DNA of 63,991 nucleotides, filler included, from Perkinsus olseni (lineage: Eukaryota), in the NCBI GenBank assembly GCA_013115125.1. It is 3 parts of 3 records of this genome, joined end to end, with 100 filler letters (N's around TTAATTAATTAA, not from the genome) between each part and the next. Parts side by side here need not be neighbours in the genome. Positions count along the whole stretch, not along the records: positions 22,891 to 45,645 come from JABANN010000531.1; positions 45,746 to 63,991 come from JABANN010000617.1; 1 more part is not named here. One strand, written 5' to 3'. The position numbers and the translations under genes were made by a program. The notes beneath the pieces were generated by a model. That model saw only the letters and a program-made list of their open reading frames with translations. It was not told where the DNA came from and searched no databases. Every line of letters begins with the position of its first letter. Position 1 is the stretch's first letter. Below, in pieces: positions 37,201 through 49,986 of this stretch.

Positions 37201-40200
37201 TTACATGGTCTCAGCATTCCGCGCTCGACCAATATTGCTCACAACCGGTCGAAGCTTCCGCAGAGGGGCGACCACTGGGCTCTGGTCCTTCAAGGACACT
37301 CCGACGAGAGCGATCTGGCCGTTGCTGGCTGCAGAGATACCCGCCCATTCTACAGAAGCAGGGAAGTCGCCATGGACGGTGGCACGGGCCTCCAGAGCAC
37401 CTGATGTCGAAAATGTCGGAAAATTGAAATTGCTAAATTTCATTATTTTAAAATTATTATTGCCTAAAATTTTAATTGTCAACTATCATGGCCGAGCCGA
37501 GTTCAAACACGTCAGAACATGTCTCAACAAGTTCATACTACATGACATCCAAGATTAGACAGTACAGCATCGTTCTAGTATCGACAGATTCATTTTCGGA
37601 AGACTTCGACACATCACAATCTCCCTGATGGCCGTCCGCCACTAGGCCTCGGAACCTAGTCTTCATAGAGGCTTTCCATGTCAAGCAGAGTTCCGAGGCA
37701 GAGCCCTATCATATCTTTCCTGATGGCAGCGGATTCATGCCGTCTGCGCCTCCTTAGTAAAGCCGAGCTAGGAAGCTCAGGCCGGGATGCCGGACGCATT
37801 CAAACTATCTTTACAATTCTTGCTGATCCGACCTCGGGCCGTCAAGTCTACAAGAGCCGCTACCTGGGACGAACGGACCCATAACAATGTGACACTCAGG
37901 ACCAACCCTCTCGGACCATGGCTAACTTGATATCTTATCCACTAGGCACATAGATCTGGATGATTCCGTGTTCGTTCCGAATACCCTCCCCAGTTTGCTC
38001 TTGACTCAAGAGTCTTGAGCTTCACCAACAGCCCGAAGGTCTCGCGGCAGACTCGAGATCCATATTTCTCACAAGATCTTCGCAACTGTTTCCAAAATAT
38101 TTCACGCATTACCGTCGCTTAGAGGTGCCTTGGGAGCACCCTCCTTAGTGCTGGTTTCTTCGTTGAAAGACCGAAGTACCATGCTCGCCCCAGACCGGGT
38201 GGTACCGTGGCATTCGGCGCTTCCAGTTGTACTGCTTCTTCCGCTCTGGCGTAAGTACTCCGCTCATGAGGCATAGCGCGTTGAAATATCAGGTTGAAAC
38301 CTCCCGCAGTTGAGGCGAAAAAAACTTTTTCGTTTTTTGGCGATTTCCGAAATCGACCAAAACCCGTATCTATTCCCCCTACCACTATGAAGATCTATCC
38401 GCCCGGCAGCATAGTCCGGATGCTCCTCGGTGGTCGTCTCTTGCCACAACACATACAACTTCTCAACGTTCGACCTTTTATGCGCCAAACCAACCACTTT
38501 TCCAGGAGCCCTAAGGACCCTCTCAACCACCAGAGAGGACGACGATCCATCGTATCTAAGGTCGATCATGGTAAGATTCATTCAAGCTCAGCTTCCTGCC
38601 TACCTGACCAACTGGATCCACTGAGGATGCTCTCTTGTAACGACTGCAATCTCGTCATCAGCCAGGAACTCCGCCTTCACAATAGCGCTGCCGGTGTTCA
38701 TGCGGGCCGTCTCTTCAGCAGCCGATTGCTCACATCTCTTCAACCCACCCTCGGACAAAACAGCGAAGGTCGTGTTGGACCTGAAGATTCCTTAAATGGA
38801 ATGATCGATCAAGTATCTCAGGTTGAAGCCCGACATTGACCAGTCTAATGATTCCCCGAGATTATATAACTCGTCATGCATTAGGTAACAATGAATTGGA
38901 ATCTTAGGTTGAAGCTCGACCTTCTCAGATCGAAGCGTAGTCCCCCAACTTACGGCGTCACCGCCACATCAACCGCCCTCTCGCCAAAAGGAATGTCGCA
39001 CTGAACATCCGCACCAAGCTGTGGAGAGTAAATGGTGCCCTGAAAAAAAGAGGATGCTGATGAACTATACCCGTAGTAAATTTTCCCATCAAATTGATTG
39101 CGTTGAATCATTTGATTAAATAAAAAATTACACCAATTTTTCCCAATTCATCAGCTTCGAAAACTTCCTAAAATAATATAAAAATAATACACTCATTCAA
39201 ATGCCTCCGGTTTCACAATACCATAACATCCGTAACTCTCATCACATGAAGAAGCGAGGTAAACACAGCCACCAACGATACAGGTTGAAAAGAATTCCGA
39301 CGATCGAGACAGTTCTAATAAACCAGCTAAGAATAATGAAAACTTCACCATCAACAAACCTATTAAAATCATCAACGACTTTCCCTAATAAACAATAACA
39401 TGGCTCATTCACGCGCCCAATTCACCATACCATAACAAACGTAAATCACATTACCCCCAAACCACAAAGAAGTGCCTCACCAACCGCCAGCTGACCTCAT
39501 TGCTGGTGAAGACCAGTCCAAGCTCGGGGATGTTGCTGACCCCCGTCGGACGGAAGAACGGCGGCCAAGCCCCGCTGGTCTCCGAGGACTCAACATTCGG
39601 ATAGAACGCCGCTGACAGCCTTCGAGTGAACTCACCATTACCGAAGGGATTCGAATCAGGCCAACCTAAGGGAACAAAGATGAATCGCCATTTTATCGTC
39701 CATTCTTCTTGCCACATCACCATCAGCGTAAAAACATGAACAACGCGCCCCGCTGAACAACAGCGACGCTTGTAACGGGCAGTAAATCCATACTGCGGAA
39801 ACCATTAATCCAAATTGTCTCAGCGATTACTACAATCTACTGATCTCCTGAATCTCATCCACGTCTTTTATATCATGGACGAGTGAGACATACTCGAGAC
39901 CAAAGGCCAAGCCGCAGATCCCAGTCGAGAGGACGCTTCCTCCAGAAACGACTTTCGAATCATGTCGACTTTCGATTTTCGATTCTTCTCCGGGTAAAAC
40001 GCCTCATTAGTGCAACGTGGCGCTTGTCTCGCAGCGGAAATCGCACTGATCTACATGATGTGTAAACAAAAAAATATTTTCAACTTTTTCCCGCTTTTTC
40101 CACTACCTACCATCTACGTAACAATGACTAGTATTCTCTATACAGTACTACGCGAAGCTTCAACACGGAGAAATTTTGCAGATGAACTGACGGTATCTTT

Positions 40201-43200
40201 ACAATTATCTTACGACTCACAAGAAAGATACCAAAATTCTTCTGCGTGCGCAATAGATATTCTCATTATTACCCCAGCGGTATCCGGTAAGAACTGCAAT
40301 GCCATACGCCAACCCGAACAGCCAGCAGAAGCAGACCGCGATGCAGGCCTGGTTGAAGCTGTGCCAAGGGAGGGTCTGCGTCTTAAGGGACGCCTTGTAG
40401 GTCTCCGGGGCCTCTCCTAAATGACGGGAGAAATACCTTCGCCGGGGTTCGAACCTGCGCCCTTCTTACCATCGATGAACTCTGGGCTTTCCAACGACCT
40501 CGCAACCCTCTTCGCTTCCTCTTGCTTCTGCTTCTCGACGTCCTTCATCCACTCTGGACACGAAATTCCGTAATTGACCAGCTTCAACCTAAGATGCCCC
40601 TACCAGATGGCGTCCCAGACTGCATCCTAGATATCTTCCCTTCGCTATTCTTCTGAGCAGTCTCGTCGACTACCAAACCCTCCTCCCGACTTTTGCGATA
40701 AGATCCGCTCTTCCCAACTGTAAAGAGCAAGCTTCGACCTAAGATACCACCCGCAACCGAAATCTCACTTTCAGATTTCTTCTTGTCCTCAGCGGCCTCC
40801 TCCACGCTGGACTTAGCATCCCACAGGAACGTCTGCAAGGACTTAACTTGTTCCTCAAACCCTTGCAGCACCACAGCCACCGCCTAGACAAAAACAACAA
40901 TCGATCAACTAGTCGATGTCATTCCCAGGTAGAAGATTCTGCTACAATAACATCAGCAGTGGTGTTCACCATCAAGTTCAACCACAGGTTTGACACTAGT
41001 TGCCATTACGTTATCATACATCGTTATTGCTCACTGGCTACATCGGTTATTATAATTCGACCATCCATGATAAAACACGAGCAATTAGTGCCAAGTACTA
41101 GTGATGATGAGTCGGATGGAAATAAAGCCGCACGAAATTCTTCAGTAAAATATCTCACAAGTCTTTCCGAGCGCATTCCGGCATTTCAACGACTACTGGA
41201 AGAAACTTCCAAACTGTTTCATCATGATGCTAAGAGTATCCTCATGTTTTTACTACAATACCAGTAGAGATAAAAATCCTAATTTTCTATCCTAATCATC
41301 ACCCTCCCCCTCCTACATCAGGCCCATCCTCTGCCTTGATCTGGTCGGCCGATAAGTCCTTCGGTACGGTATAACTAATCTCGCTAGTATGCACATTGAG
41401 GAAGTATGGCCTCTTCTGGTTGGTATTATCATCAGTAAACTCCAACCTCACCCAGTGACCTGTCCAGACACACGTTGCTCGTCTTTACTCAAGCGACGAC
41501 GAGGACAGACCCACACAAACCCTACAGATGATAATGAGGTGATGATGCAAATTCAACTGGTGGGCGCATGATACAGAACACAGATTTTCTACAACCAAAA
41601 CAACCAAACAAAATACCATAACACGATGTTCTACTAATTTGATACCGCAAGGCAAGCAGGCCAGTGCCCCTACTACTACCTGGGGACTCCTCCCCCTCAG
41701 CGTCATCAAAGCTGGCGTTGGGAGCTCGGACCACGTCGCTGGCCTGAAGTACTTGATGAAAGATCGAGAGAGTGGCTGATTATTATCACCCCATTAACAA
41801 GCTTTTTGCGTTCACCCACAAGCCTTGCAAGCTCCTTTCTGTCGGAATTGAATGCCATGCGCAACCTGACATATTCCGTATCCTGCAAGCTCAACCTCAA
41901 GATACGCTTACTGTTTCAACCTCTTCTCCTGCGCCGGAGTAAACGAGCATTCCGTAGACATCTCCCACTCCACCAGCAACTTCTGCAGAGAATCTTCCGT
42001 ATTCCTAAAAAATCCCAAAATCTTCGCTGTGCGCGACAAAAGATTCCAAAAGATACGCCCCCACTACCTGCAAGCCTTCTCCAACCTCTCACACGCATCA
42101 ACCGCATCACTTGCATGCTCCGACGCACTTTTCTAATAACAAACATCATCGATTGCAAACCGCGCGCGCCCAGTTGATCGATTTCCGTTACCGCTGTGCT
42201 AAAGTGAGAGGTATCAATACCGCTCTTCTTGAGCTCTTCCTTGGTCTTCCTGAACGTGTGAGCCTGCCTGATGACCGGGGCTGCGGGGACCGCCTTAGCC
42301 ACAGGCGTCTCTTCCTTGTCCTGCTTATGGAGGTCTTCTTCTTCCCGCTCTGAGAAACATCATATAGTCAAATTCCGGACTACAAGGGAAGCAAAACAAT
42401 TCTTTTGTCGACACGCCCAACAACCTATCTTCACTGTACAAGCTTCACTATTGCTATGCAAATCCAGATACGCCCATGCCAGGCTACCCCTATCAAGATC
42501 TTCAAGATTTAATTTTTGCTCTCTGAAAAGCATCATAAGACTAAATCCACGACTAATGGACATGACGAATCCGTGCAGGATGTGTCTATCACCCCCGTGA
42601 AAGTTCTACTATTACTAGACGAGATCTGATACCACTGCCCCATACCATCGAAGGCGAACCTCAAAATCTATATCCTCACTAAACCTATTCCAGCTCCCCT
42701 AAACTCATCAAATTCTGCGAGCACTTGCAATCTTGACTCACCTTGAACTTTCTCATCGAGCCCCAATATATCAATACTAGTAACAGCAGTATACCTCGTC
42801 GGCACGCCACCATCAGTCTCGATGCCCATGAACCCCAAGAAGCCGATCCAGCAGAACATGAGCAGACAGATGAAGACGAAGAGCCACTCGGCGACGTGCG
42901 TGGACTGGTCGAACATCTGCACGGTGGCCCCGATGCCGGCCATGATGAGAGGCAGGGAGCAAAGGAACATCATGACACACCACTCGAGGGTGTTGGTGTA
43001 AAGATTCATGTGAACGTGGACCATGGCGAAGGCGTCCAGGATGAGGATGAACGACCTGAATGGCAGAAAATCGGGAGATATCTTAGGTTGATGCGAGGAC
43101 AACATCGAGAATAAAGATACGTCTTTGATTTGATCATGCTAGAATTGGAACCCTCTATGAGAAGGGAGTTCCCTCATCCGCATTGTTAGCGACGAGGGAT

Positions 43201-45255
43201 GAAGAGTGTTAGCGGATTCAACCATGTCCGAGAACTACACGCAAGAATGCCCAGAACAATCCGACGTACTTCCCGGAAATATTCTCAACAGCCGACAAAA
43301 GATAATATTAAACGCTCGAGAAGTATCCACAGGTCGACCATGGACAAGACAAAAATAAAGATACCCATCACAACAATCCCCAACAACACGATGCACAAAA
43401 ACCGAATATCCCTACCACTCCTCCCCCAACTCACCAGACGCCCCACAGATGCGAGTTAACCATAAAGTATGCCAAACCCATATACGTGATAGCATGCAAG
43501 AGCTGATTCGTACCAATAACCTGACGATTCAAAATGACCCCCTCTCCGATCGGTATTATTATCACTACCATGCAGACTCGAGTATAGGCATCGAAGCCCT
43601 GCCAATGCTGTTGGAGTTGGTAGAACAGATAAAAGTGCTCGAGGAAGAGGTTGTAGTCGCCAACCAGCTCATCGCGAACATACGCGTTGCTCATGTCAAT
43701 TTCTTGCTGAAAAAATGAGACCAGTCAAAAGGTGGCGATGGCTCTATCATTGGCAAAGCAGAAATAGATTCCGATACTAAAAACGGATTCATCTCCTGCG
43801 TGTCCTCTTTCGCTCATCCTCACACGATGAGAAGCAAGTTGGTGTTCCATGTCAATGACCATGAGAGAATACTTCAGAAAAGGTGGAGGTAAAATTACGA
43901 CTCGGCAAATTTCAAAAATATAAGATACTAATACTGAACCGCCAAGCCCCATCGGATGAGATCGATAGGAATCTTTCATTCCGTGTATCACATGCTTCAA
44001 CATAAGATACTACCACTTTCATTACCTCCTTAAGAGCATCTTCCAACCTCCCCCCTCCCTGTCTACGAACCTCTCGACCAACTTCCTTAATCCCAGGCAC
44101 TCGACTAAACCATGAACAAAATTATCAACAAAAGATTCCCTCAAAAGATTCTATCTTACCCAACTACGGGGATCCTGAGCATCTCCGCGACCCCACCCCG
44201 TTCGTACTCGACCGCGCCGATACCCGTCGTGGCGTTGATATTCTCCAGTCCAGGGACAGGCAGACGCAGCCACTGCGTGAGCAATCGCACCTACAACAAC
44301 GCAGCCGAAAGATTTACACAGGAAGCATCTTTTGGATTTAACTCACAGCGAAGGTTTGTGCGGTGATAGAAGCGTGAATGGCGAATATGATGGAGAGAAT
44401 CAAAAATAGGACGGCCGAACCCAGGGAGAGCAGATACAGCCAAACCAACCATCCGGGGGTACCTGAAGGGAACGGAAACTGATAGAAAAATAGGAAAAAC
44501 GAAACGAATTGAAATGTCGACAAGGCGCAGTAATTAGCGCATCGACTATGGTCAGATGGTGGGTCAGAGAACTTCAGCGGGAAGACTTCCGGGGACGGAA
44601 ATTAAATTAGATAATCTAAGGACTGCTGAGTAAACGATCACGTCCACAGACGGTGTCGGAGGGAAGCGTAACTCGCCTTTGTCCGCTATACCAACTACCT
44701 ACTTCATCTACCAGAGACGCTGCTTCAATTTAGATTAGTTCCCATTAAGGAAGAGTTCCATTGCGATAATAATACTAATACGGGAGAGAGAGGACATTCT
44801 TCTCACCGTCCGTTGGTGCAGCCGACCCTTCACTCATTCTATGCGCTCTTAGTGAATGGATAGTGAATATAGAAACGGGGTTGATGAGTATGAGAAAGCT
44901 GCTTACCTTGGGGTACTCGACCTTCATAGAAGAAGCCACCAGTGAAGGCGAGCATGAGGGTGTTGACGATGAGGTAGTTGTCCATCTTAGAAATGGTCAG
45001 GTCGAAAAGGTCCCGAATATCCTCACGGTACAGCCGTACTTGGTCAAACCGGGCTTTCTGGGTATGGTACACCTGATGAGAGAGGAGAGTATCTTCAGGT
45101 TGAGCATGCAAGATACAAAACAGGTCAACAACCCGGAGCCCATCGTATAGTACCCTTTTCTGATTGATCTTCCTATTGAACATGAAGTTCTGCCTGTTAT
45201 ATTCGAAGATGCCCTTGACACCCTCGAACACTGATCCAGCTTCCAAGCCTCCCAT
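37201..45255 (-). CDS. multi-pass membrane protein with an Orai/CRAC-like N-terminal pore module, extra TM helices and a C-terminal beta-rich (propeller-like) domain; about 20 exons
   Basis: Phase-consistent GT-AG exons 45154-45255, 44907-45072, 44347-44462, 44160-44290, 44026-44104, 43569-43706, 43435-43520 and 42742-43055, then further exons to the stop at 37201-37203. About seven hydrophobic helices. The gene itself is well supported; the Orai assignment is inference (see findings). Confidence 0.75.
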
Positions 45256-45645
45256 TGTAGCAGCAGCAGTGGATGATCTCTAGTAGTAGAAGTAGGACAA
45301 TACAAATAGAGGCGATGACGAGTGGCGGCCCAAGCAAGTTGCGAAAGCTGACAACAAGAAGTAAAACTCTCCTACCACACCTTCGCGGGCGCAGGGAACT
45401 TCCCAAGTTACGACCGCATGGGTGTCATAGTCAAGGTGGGTGGGGTGTAACGCAGCGCCGGCAGGGAGGGTGGTAAGTGGGAGCTGAAGACGATTATACG
45501 AAATGCGCTAAAACGTTGGGGTGCGGAGTAATTTCCTCAGGCTAAATCGTTGAAGCTCTGACATGGTCATCATGTAGGGTATGTGTATTATTCGAAGACG
45601 CAAGACTCACGTCTTGCTGCCTTACGCCCCCTTATATTCTACTTA

Positions 45646-45745
45646 NNNNNNNNNNNNNNNNNNNNNNNNNNNNNNNNNNNNNNNNNNNNTTAATTAATTA
45701 ANNNNNNNNNNNNNNNNNNNNNNNNNNNNNNNNNNNNNNNNNNNN
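45646..45745. other. artificial contig-join spacer (44 N + TTAATTAATTAA + 44 N)
   Basis: Same structure as 22791-22890. Confidence 0.97.
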
Positions 45746-46896
45746 TAAACTCTGTCGAATCCTCCGAGGCTTTGCAGAGTCGCCTGGCCGAACAGCGGCC
45801 GTGAGCGAGAGAGAGAGAGGACAGAGGAGTGACTCGCTCTCCTTAGCCACTGTTACATCTCTACATGAGTTGAACTCATTAGTACTAGTACATTGAGTTC
45901 TAGCAGAGCAGAGATCATTTCTCCGATAAATTAGACGGGAATGGATACTATACACTGGATAGCAAAGATGAAATTGAACACTTTCATTGATGTAAGAATC
46001 CCATGGAATGCTCCTAAGGAAGACTCCAGACGACTGGATTATCAGGTCCTGACAGGTTCTCCTCAAGTTCCTGAGGAACAGCCTTCCCAGGGAAGGCTTC
46101 CCTAGGGTTCGTCCGACAGACTTCGTCGAGAAGCCACACTAAGTGATATAGTGCAGTCATGGGACTGAACTCGACTCGATGCACGTATGTAAATCTCAGT
46201 AGAAAGCACATATCACTCGGGAGCTCCTCTACTCTTACGCTCTCGCCGCAATGCTAAATCGATGAAGGGAATTCGACACGCCACTGCTTGACGGTATCTG
46301 CACACGATTAAGATGCCCACTGTCAAAACGGATTCCCGATATAATACGCCACCCGCGTGGGATGTGGCCTTGCACTGCAAAGACCAACGGATTTTCTCAG
46401 GGGCTGACAGTCAGGGCCTGACTGCCAGGCTGAACTGAGCTGCGATGATCTTACTGAGGTCAGTCAACCTTCGGCCGTGAAAGAGTCACTCATTGAGGGT
46501 GAATCATACTTACAAGCACAGATTTCCACTTCGAACATTGAAAACTTTTCAATGAAAAGGCATCGGTCCATTCGATATCCAGCTCCCGGATTTCCGGGAG
46601 CCGGATATTGCATGGACCGAGGCCAAGGCTTATTCCGGCATCGAGGCTGCCTTCCGAGCCCAAATGTAGCTACTGAAGCTATTGGAGGTTCCTCCCCTCG
46701 AAATCCCACAGCTATTAGCCTGAAGTGGTGGCTGAGAGCGTCACCGTCCCGAGAGCTATCTCCGCGCTATTTCCGCTCGCCCTAGACAAGAGTTGCGGAC
46801 GCGCCAGTCGGACTGCCGTCTCCCCATCGGGTACGAGACATTTCCTCGAGTGTCGGCCTACTCAGTTCTCTCGCCATCCTCTCAGCTTTGCTTCAA

Positions 46897-49800
46897 ATGA
46901 GGCTGCAAAACCTGGCGTCGCTCGGAGTAAGTATTTTGGGTACTTGCAAGTTCATCAGAGTCTGCGCTCACCGATCAGCAGTACCCGAGCTCATCCTCTC
47001 TGGGTTGTACCGGAGCGTGGACAGGGTGTCGGGCTTGGATGGTATTGCTATACGGTTTATCGATGGAAAAAGGTGCGCTATTATATTCCTAGCAGGAATG
47101 GCCAAACAGGGCTTCCGGTACGCGGTGGAGACCGAATTCATCAATATGGAGTCATTCACAGATCGAGGACGCCTCTCGTGCTACCGATTATCTCAAGTTA
47201 ATACTGTGAAAGCGCTATTGAAACGAACTCGTTGGCTTGCACGCTTGTCCAGAGGCCGACTTCCTGACCTGTCGGAAACTATGGATCTGTGCGTGTCGGG
47301 TGATCGGGTCGTATTGAAGATTGGAAATTCTGAGTTTCGGATGGGAAAGATCTCTGATGACCCATACCACATTGTAGAGCAACCTTTGGAACCACCAGAC
47401 AATGGCAAGTACGTGAACGACAGCCTAGTCCCTGGCCTGAAAGGCTTGTCCCTTACAATTGCCGAAAATCGCAAGATCTCAGTTGAGATAGTGCTACCAG
47501 ATGGCACGACCCAGGAGTACTGTCGAGGGGTTTTGCGGGAGGCCAGTACGCAATCGAGGTGCTTTGAGTTTGTGACCGCAAACTCAAAGTTACGAACTAA
47601 TGGTCTTGCTTTGGGGCATTTCTTAATGGATCTACCGAAGTATGAAATACAACTGTGTCGTGACTCTAAATCAGCGACATACCTGGCCTTTGACAAGGTG
47701 AAAGTCCGACTGAAGCAAGAGAGCACCGGAGTCCATGAGCCACGGACTGAACCGAAGCGTACGGACGATCCCAGCGGACATCGGCTCGCTATATCAGGTC
47801 TGTACCGGACAACTGGCTCCGTTTCTGTGTTCAACGGTCTGGCTCTGAGGTTCGCTGAGGGGAAATGCGCCATCGTATTCCTCGCAGGGATGCCCGAACA
47901 AGATTTTCGATACTCCATAAGTACAGAGTTCAGCAGAATGCAACCATCTACTACTCGTGGGCTCACATGTTACAAGCTGAACAATGAGAATGTGAGAGAT
48001 GATTTACATAGAGCCAGCACCCTCCAGAAGAAGCTCGGGGGGCCAGGGAATGTCTCGCCGGAAACTGTCTTCCCCTGTGTCTTGAACGGCGGTGTCCTGA
48101 TGATGGCTGGTGGCTCCACATATCCAATGCGTATGGTCTCCGGCGATCCCTACAAGTCCCTGGAGCTCCCTCTCCAACCTCCTCCACCTGGCGTGTATGT
48201 GAACGATTATCCGGTCGCTGGCCTGGACAGCGTGACTGTCGCAGTAGACACTGATGGCAGTTTTTCGGTGAAGGTCGCAATAATTGGCCGAACGGAGGTC
48301 ACTTTACTTGGGCGGACGTTCCAGAGTGCAGATCCACTACAAAGATGCTTCCGAGATGTGACACCGCATGTACAGAGCATAACCATTTTACTAGCTGCAA
48401 AGGATTCCTCGACTAAATTGATATTGGACGACGTGAAACTTTGTCGAGACTCATGGCTGGTGACCTACATTGTCTTAGGCGACATGAGTATTCGCTTGAA
48501 GGAGTTTTCTCACCCAGAGAACCTTGCGAATAAAATTCGGCTTGGGATGCCTCCTGGGGAGGCTAGCACGAGAAGTCAAGTTATTGGACAGGATAAGCCT
48601 CCCATCTCTAACCCCAAGCCCACAGGCGAATCCATCATCCGCGAAGCGAGTCAGGGAAATGCCGACTCCCCAGACCTGGGTTCGCTTTGGCCTTCATCTG
48701 TCACGAAAAGGTCGTCACCTGGGCCTCGTAATGGATCCCCGAGAACGGGCGACCAAAATGTGCAGCAGCTGCTTCCGGTCCGGAAAGAGGAAGCGTCAGC
48801 CTTAAATCCCGAGCCCAAGAAGAAGTTAATCCGTTTGCCAGTTTTCTCAGTTTCGCCTTCATCTGCCGGGGAAACGCTGCCATCTGGACTGGCGCGTGGA
48901 GGATTTCCGAGAGCATCTGGTGACAGTGCGGAGCTTCGAGACCAGCAGAAAGACACCCTGAAGCCCAAGAGGGAGCCCCTCGCTGCCGTTGTGAGCGCAC
49001 CGAGTGGGAGTCTTCTACATATCGATTCGCTTCTGCCTTTACCCGCCCCGCAGAGGTCACCATCTGGACCGGGGCGTGAGGGATTCCCGATAGTAAGTGG
49101 CGAAGCCGGGAAGGTTCGAATTCTTCGGCAAGGTGAGCCGTCAGCCTTAAACGACGGATCTGGAACGAAGTCGCCCTTGGCTGAACCGGGGAGCTCGGAA
49201 AGTGGGAACCTCCCGGAGTTAGATGTGCTTCTGCCACCGCCGGTCAATTCCAGGAGCCGCGTAGAATCAGTCCATGCCGCTAGACCCCACAAAACTGTGA
49301 CTGGAAGGAGTTTGGGGCCTGCGGAGGATTTGCAGGCCTCCATGGAAAGAGGGTCGCTGGTAAAACCTAGCACTCACCCCCAGAGGCCGCGGAGCACCGC
49401 ACTGCAATCTGAGACGGATGGTGCACGGGCGAGCAAGCGACAGAAAACCAAGCACACCGCAAGTATCAGTCACGGGCTGGCGGAGAGAAAGCCGGGTAAA
49501 GTAAGACCTCACACGGAGAATACGGGGAAACACGGCGGTGAGAAAAGTGATTTCGGACCGACTACTTCGGCTATTAAGGCGCGTGAGAGCGCATCTGGTG
49601 GTGGCCACCACGGTTTTGGATACTCTCACAAGGCCCGTTTTCCTACCGGAGCGGTGGGAAAGCCATCCGGATCCAGTCAGGTGAGATCTCTGAGGCCGGG
49701 CGACGAGGAGTCCAATCTAGAGACTCAGCTATCAATTATCGACAGCGAGGTCCCTGAGTGGTCGACTACTCCAACAGAGACTCGGGGCGTTGGAATGGTT

Positions 49801-49986
49801 CCCGACTTTGGCGCTTCACTCGTCCCTTCTAATGTCACTTGGAGCGACCTACTATCACCTGAGCCGGGGGTGTCGATGACAGCTCCGAGCGGAGCTGGGG
49901 AAGAGCGCGGAGAGCTGTCGATTGATGAGAAGCTGGAGATGGTACGTGGAGGATTGCTTGACTTCCTAGACCCGGATAAGCAGTAG
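46897..49986 (+). CDS. secreted-family protein, paralogue A: signal peptide, two copies of a ~240-aa domain, disordered tail
   Basis: Intronless 1032-aa ORF; first ATG at 46897 (MRLQNLASLGVSILGTCKFIRVCA). The domain SGLYR..GxAxRF..KCAIxFLAGM...DPY..xExPLxPPxxGxYVND..C..C occurs twice. Confidence 0.8.
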   Translation: MRLQNLASLGVSILGTCKFIRVCAHRSAVPELILSGLYRSVDRVSGLDGIAIRFIDGKRCAIIFLAGMAKQGFRYAVETEFINMESFTDRGRLSCYRLSQVNTVKALLKRTRWLARLSRGRLPDLSETMDLCVSGDRVVLKIGNSEFRMGKISDDPYHIVEQPLEPPDNGKYVNDSLVPGLKGLSLTIAENRKISVEIVLPDGTTQEYCRGVLREASTQSRCFEFVTANSKLRTNGLALGHFLMDLPKYEIQLCRDSKSATYLAFDKVKVRLKQESTGVHEPRTEPKRTDDPSGHRLAISGLYRTTGSVSVFNGLALRFAEGKCAIVFLAGMPEQDFRYSISTEFSRMQPSTTRGLTCYKLNNENVRDDLHRASTLQKKLGGPGNVSPETVFPCVLNGGVLMMAGGSTYPMRMVSGDPYKSLELPLQPPPPGVYVNDYPVAGLDSVTVAVDTDGSFSVKVAIIGRTEVTLLGRTFQSADPLQRCFRDVTPHVQSITILLAAKDSSTKLILDDVKLCRDSWLVTYIVLGDMSIRLKEFSHPENLANKIRLGMPPGEASTRSQVIGQDKPPISNPKPTGESIIREASQGNADSPDLGSLWPSSVTKRSSPGPRNGSPRTGDQNVQQLLPVRKEEASALNPEPKKKLIRLPVFSVSPSSAGETLPSGLARGGFPRASGDSAELRDQQKDTLKPKREPLAAVVSAPSGSLLHIDSLLPLPAPQRSPSGPGREGFPIVSGEAGKVRILRQGEPSALNDGSGTKSPLAEPGSSESGNLPELDVLLPPPVNSRSRVESVHAARPHKTVTGRSLGPAEDLQASMERGSLVKPSTHPQRPRSTALQSETDGARASKRQKTKHTASISHGLAERKPGKVRPHTENTGKHGGEKSDFGPTTSAIKARESASGGGHHGFGYSHKARFPTGAVGKPSGSSQVRSLRPGDEESNLETQLSIIDSEVPEWSTTPTETRGVGMVPDFGASLVPSNVTWSDLLSPEPGVSMTAPSGAGEERGELSIDEKLEMVRGGLLDFLDPDKQ

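Noticed and set aside
47193-49629. Long minus-strand ORFs (257, 240, 178 and 120 aa)
   Set aside because: Antisense shadows of the 1032-aa plus-strand gene, with no independent motif.
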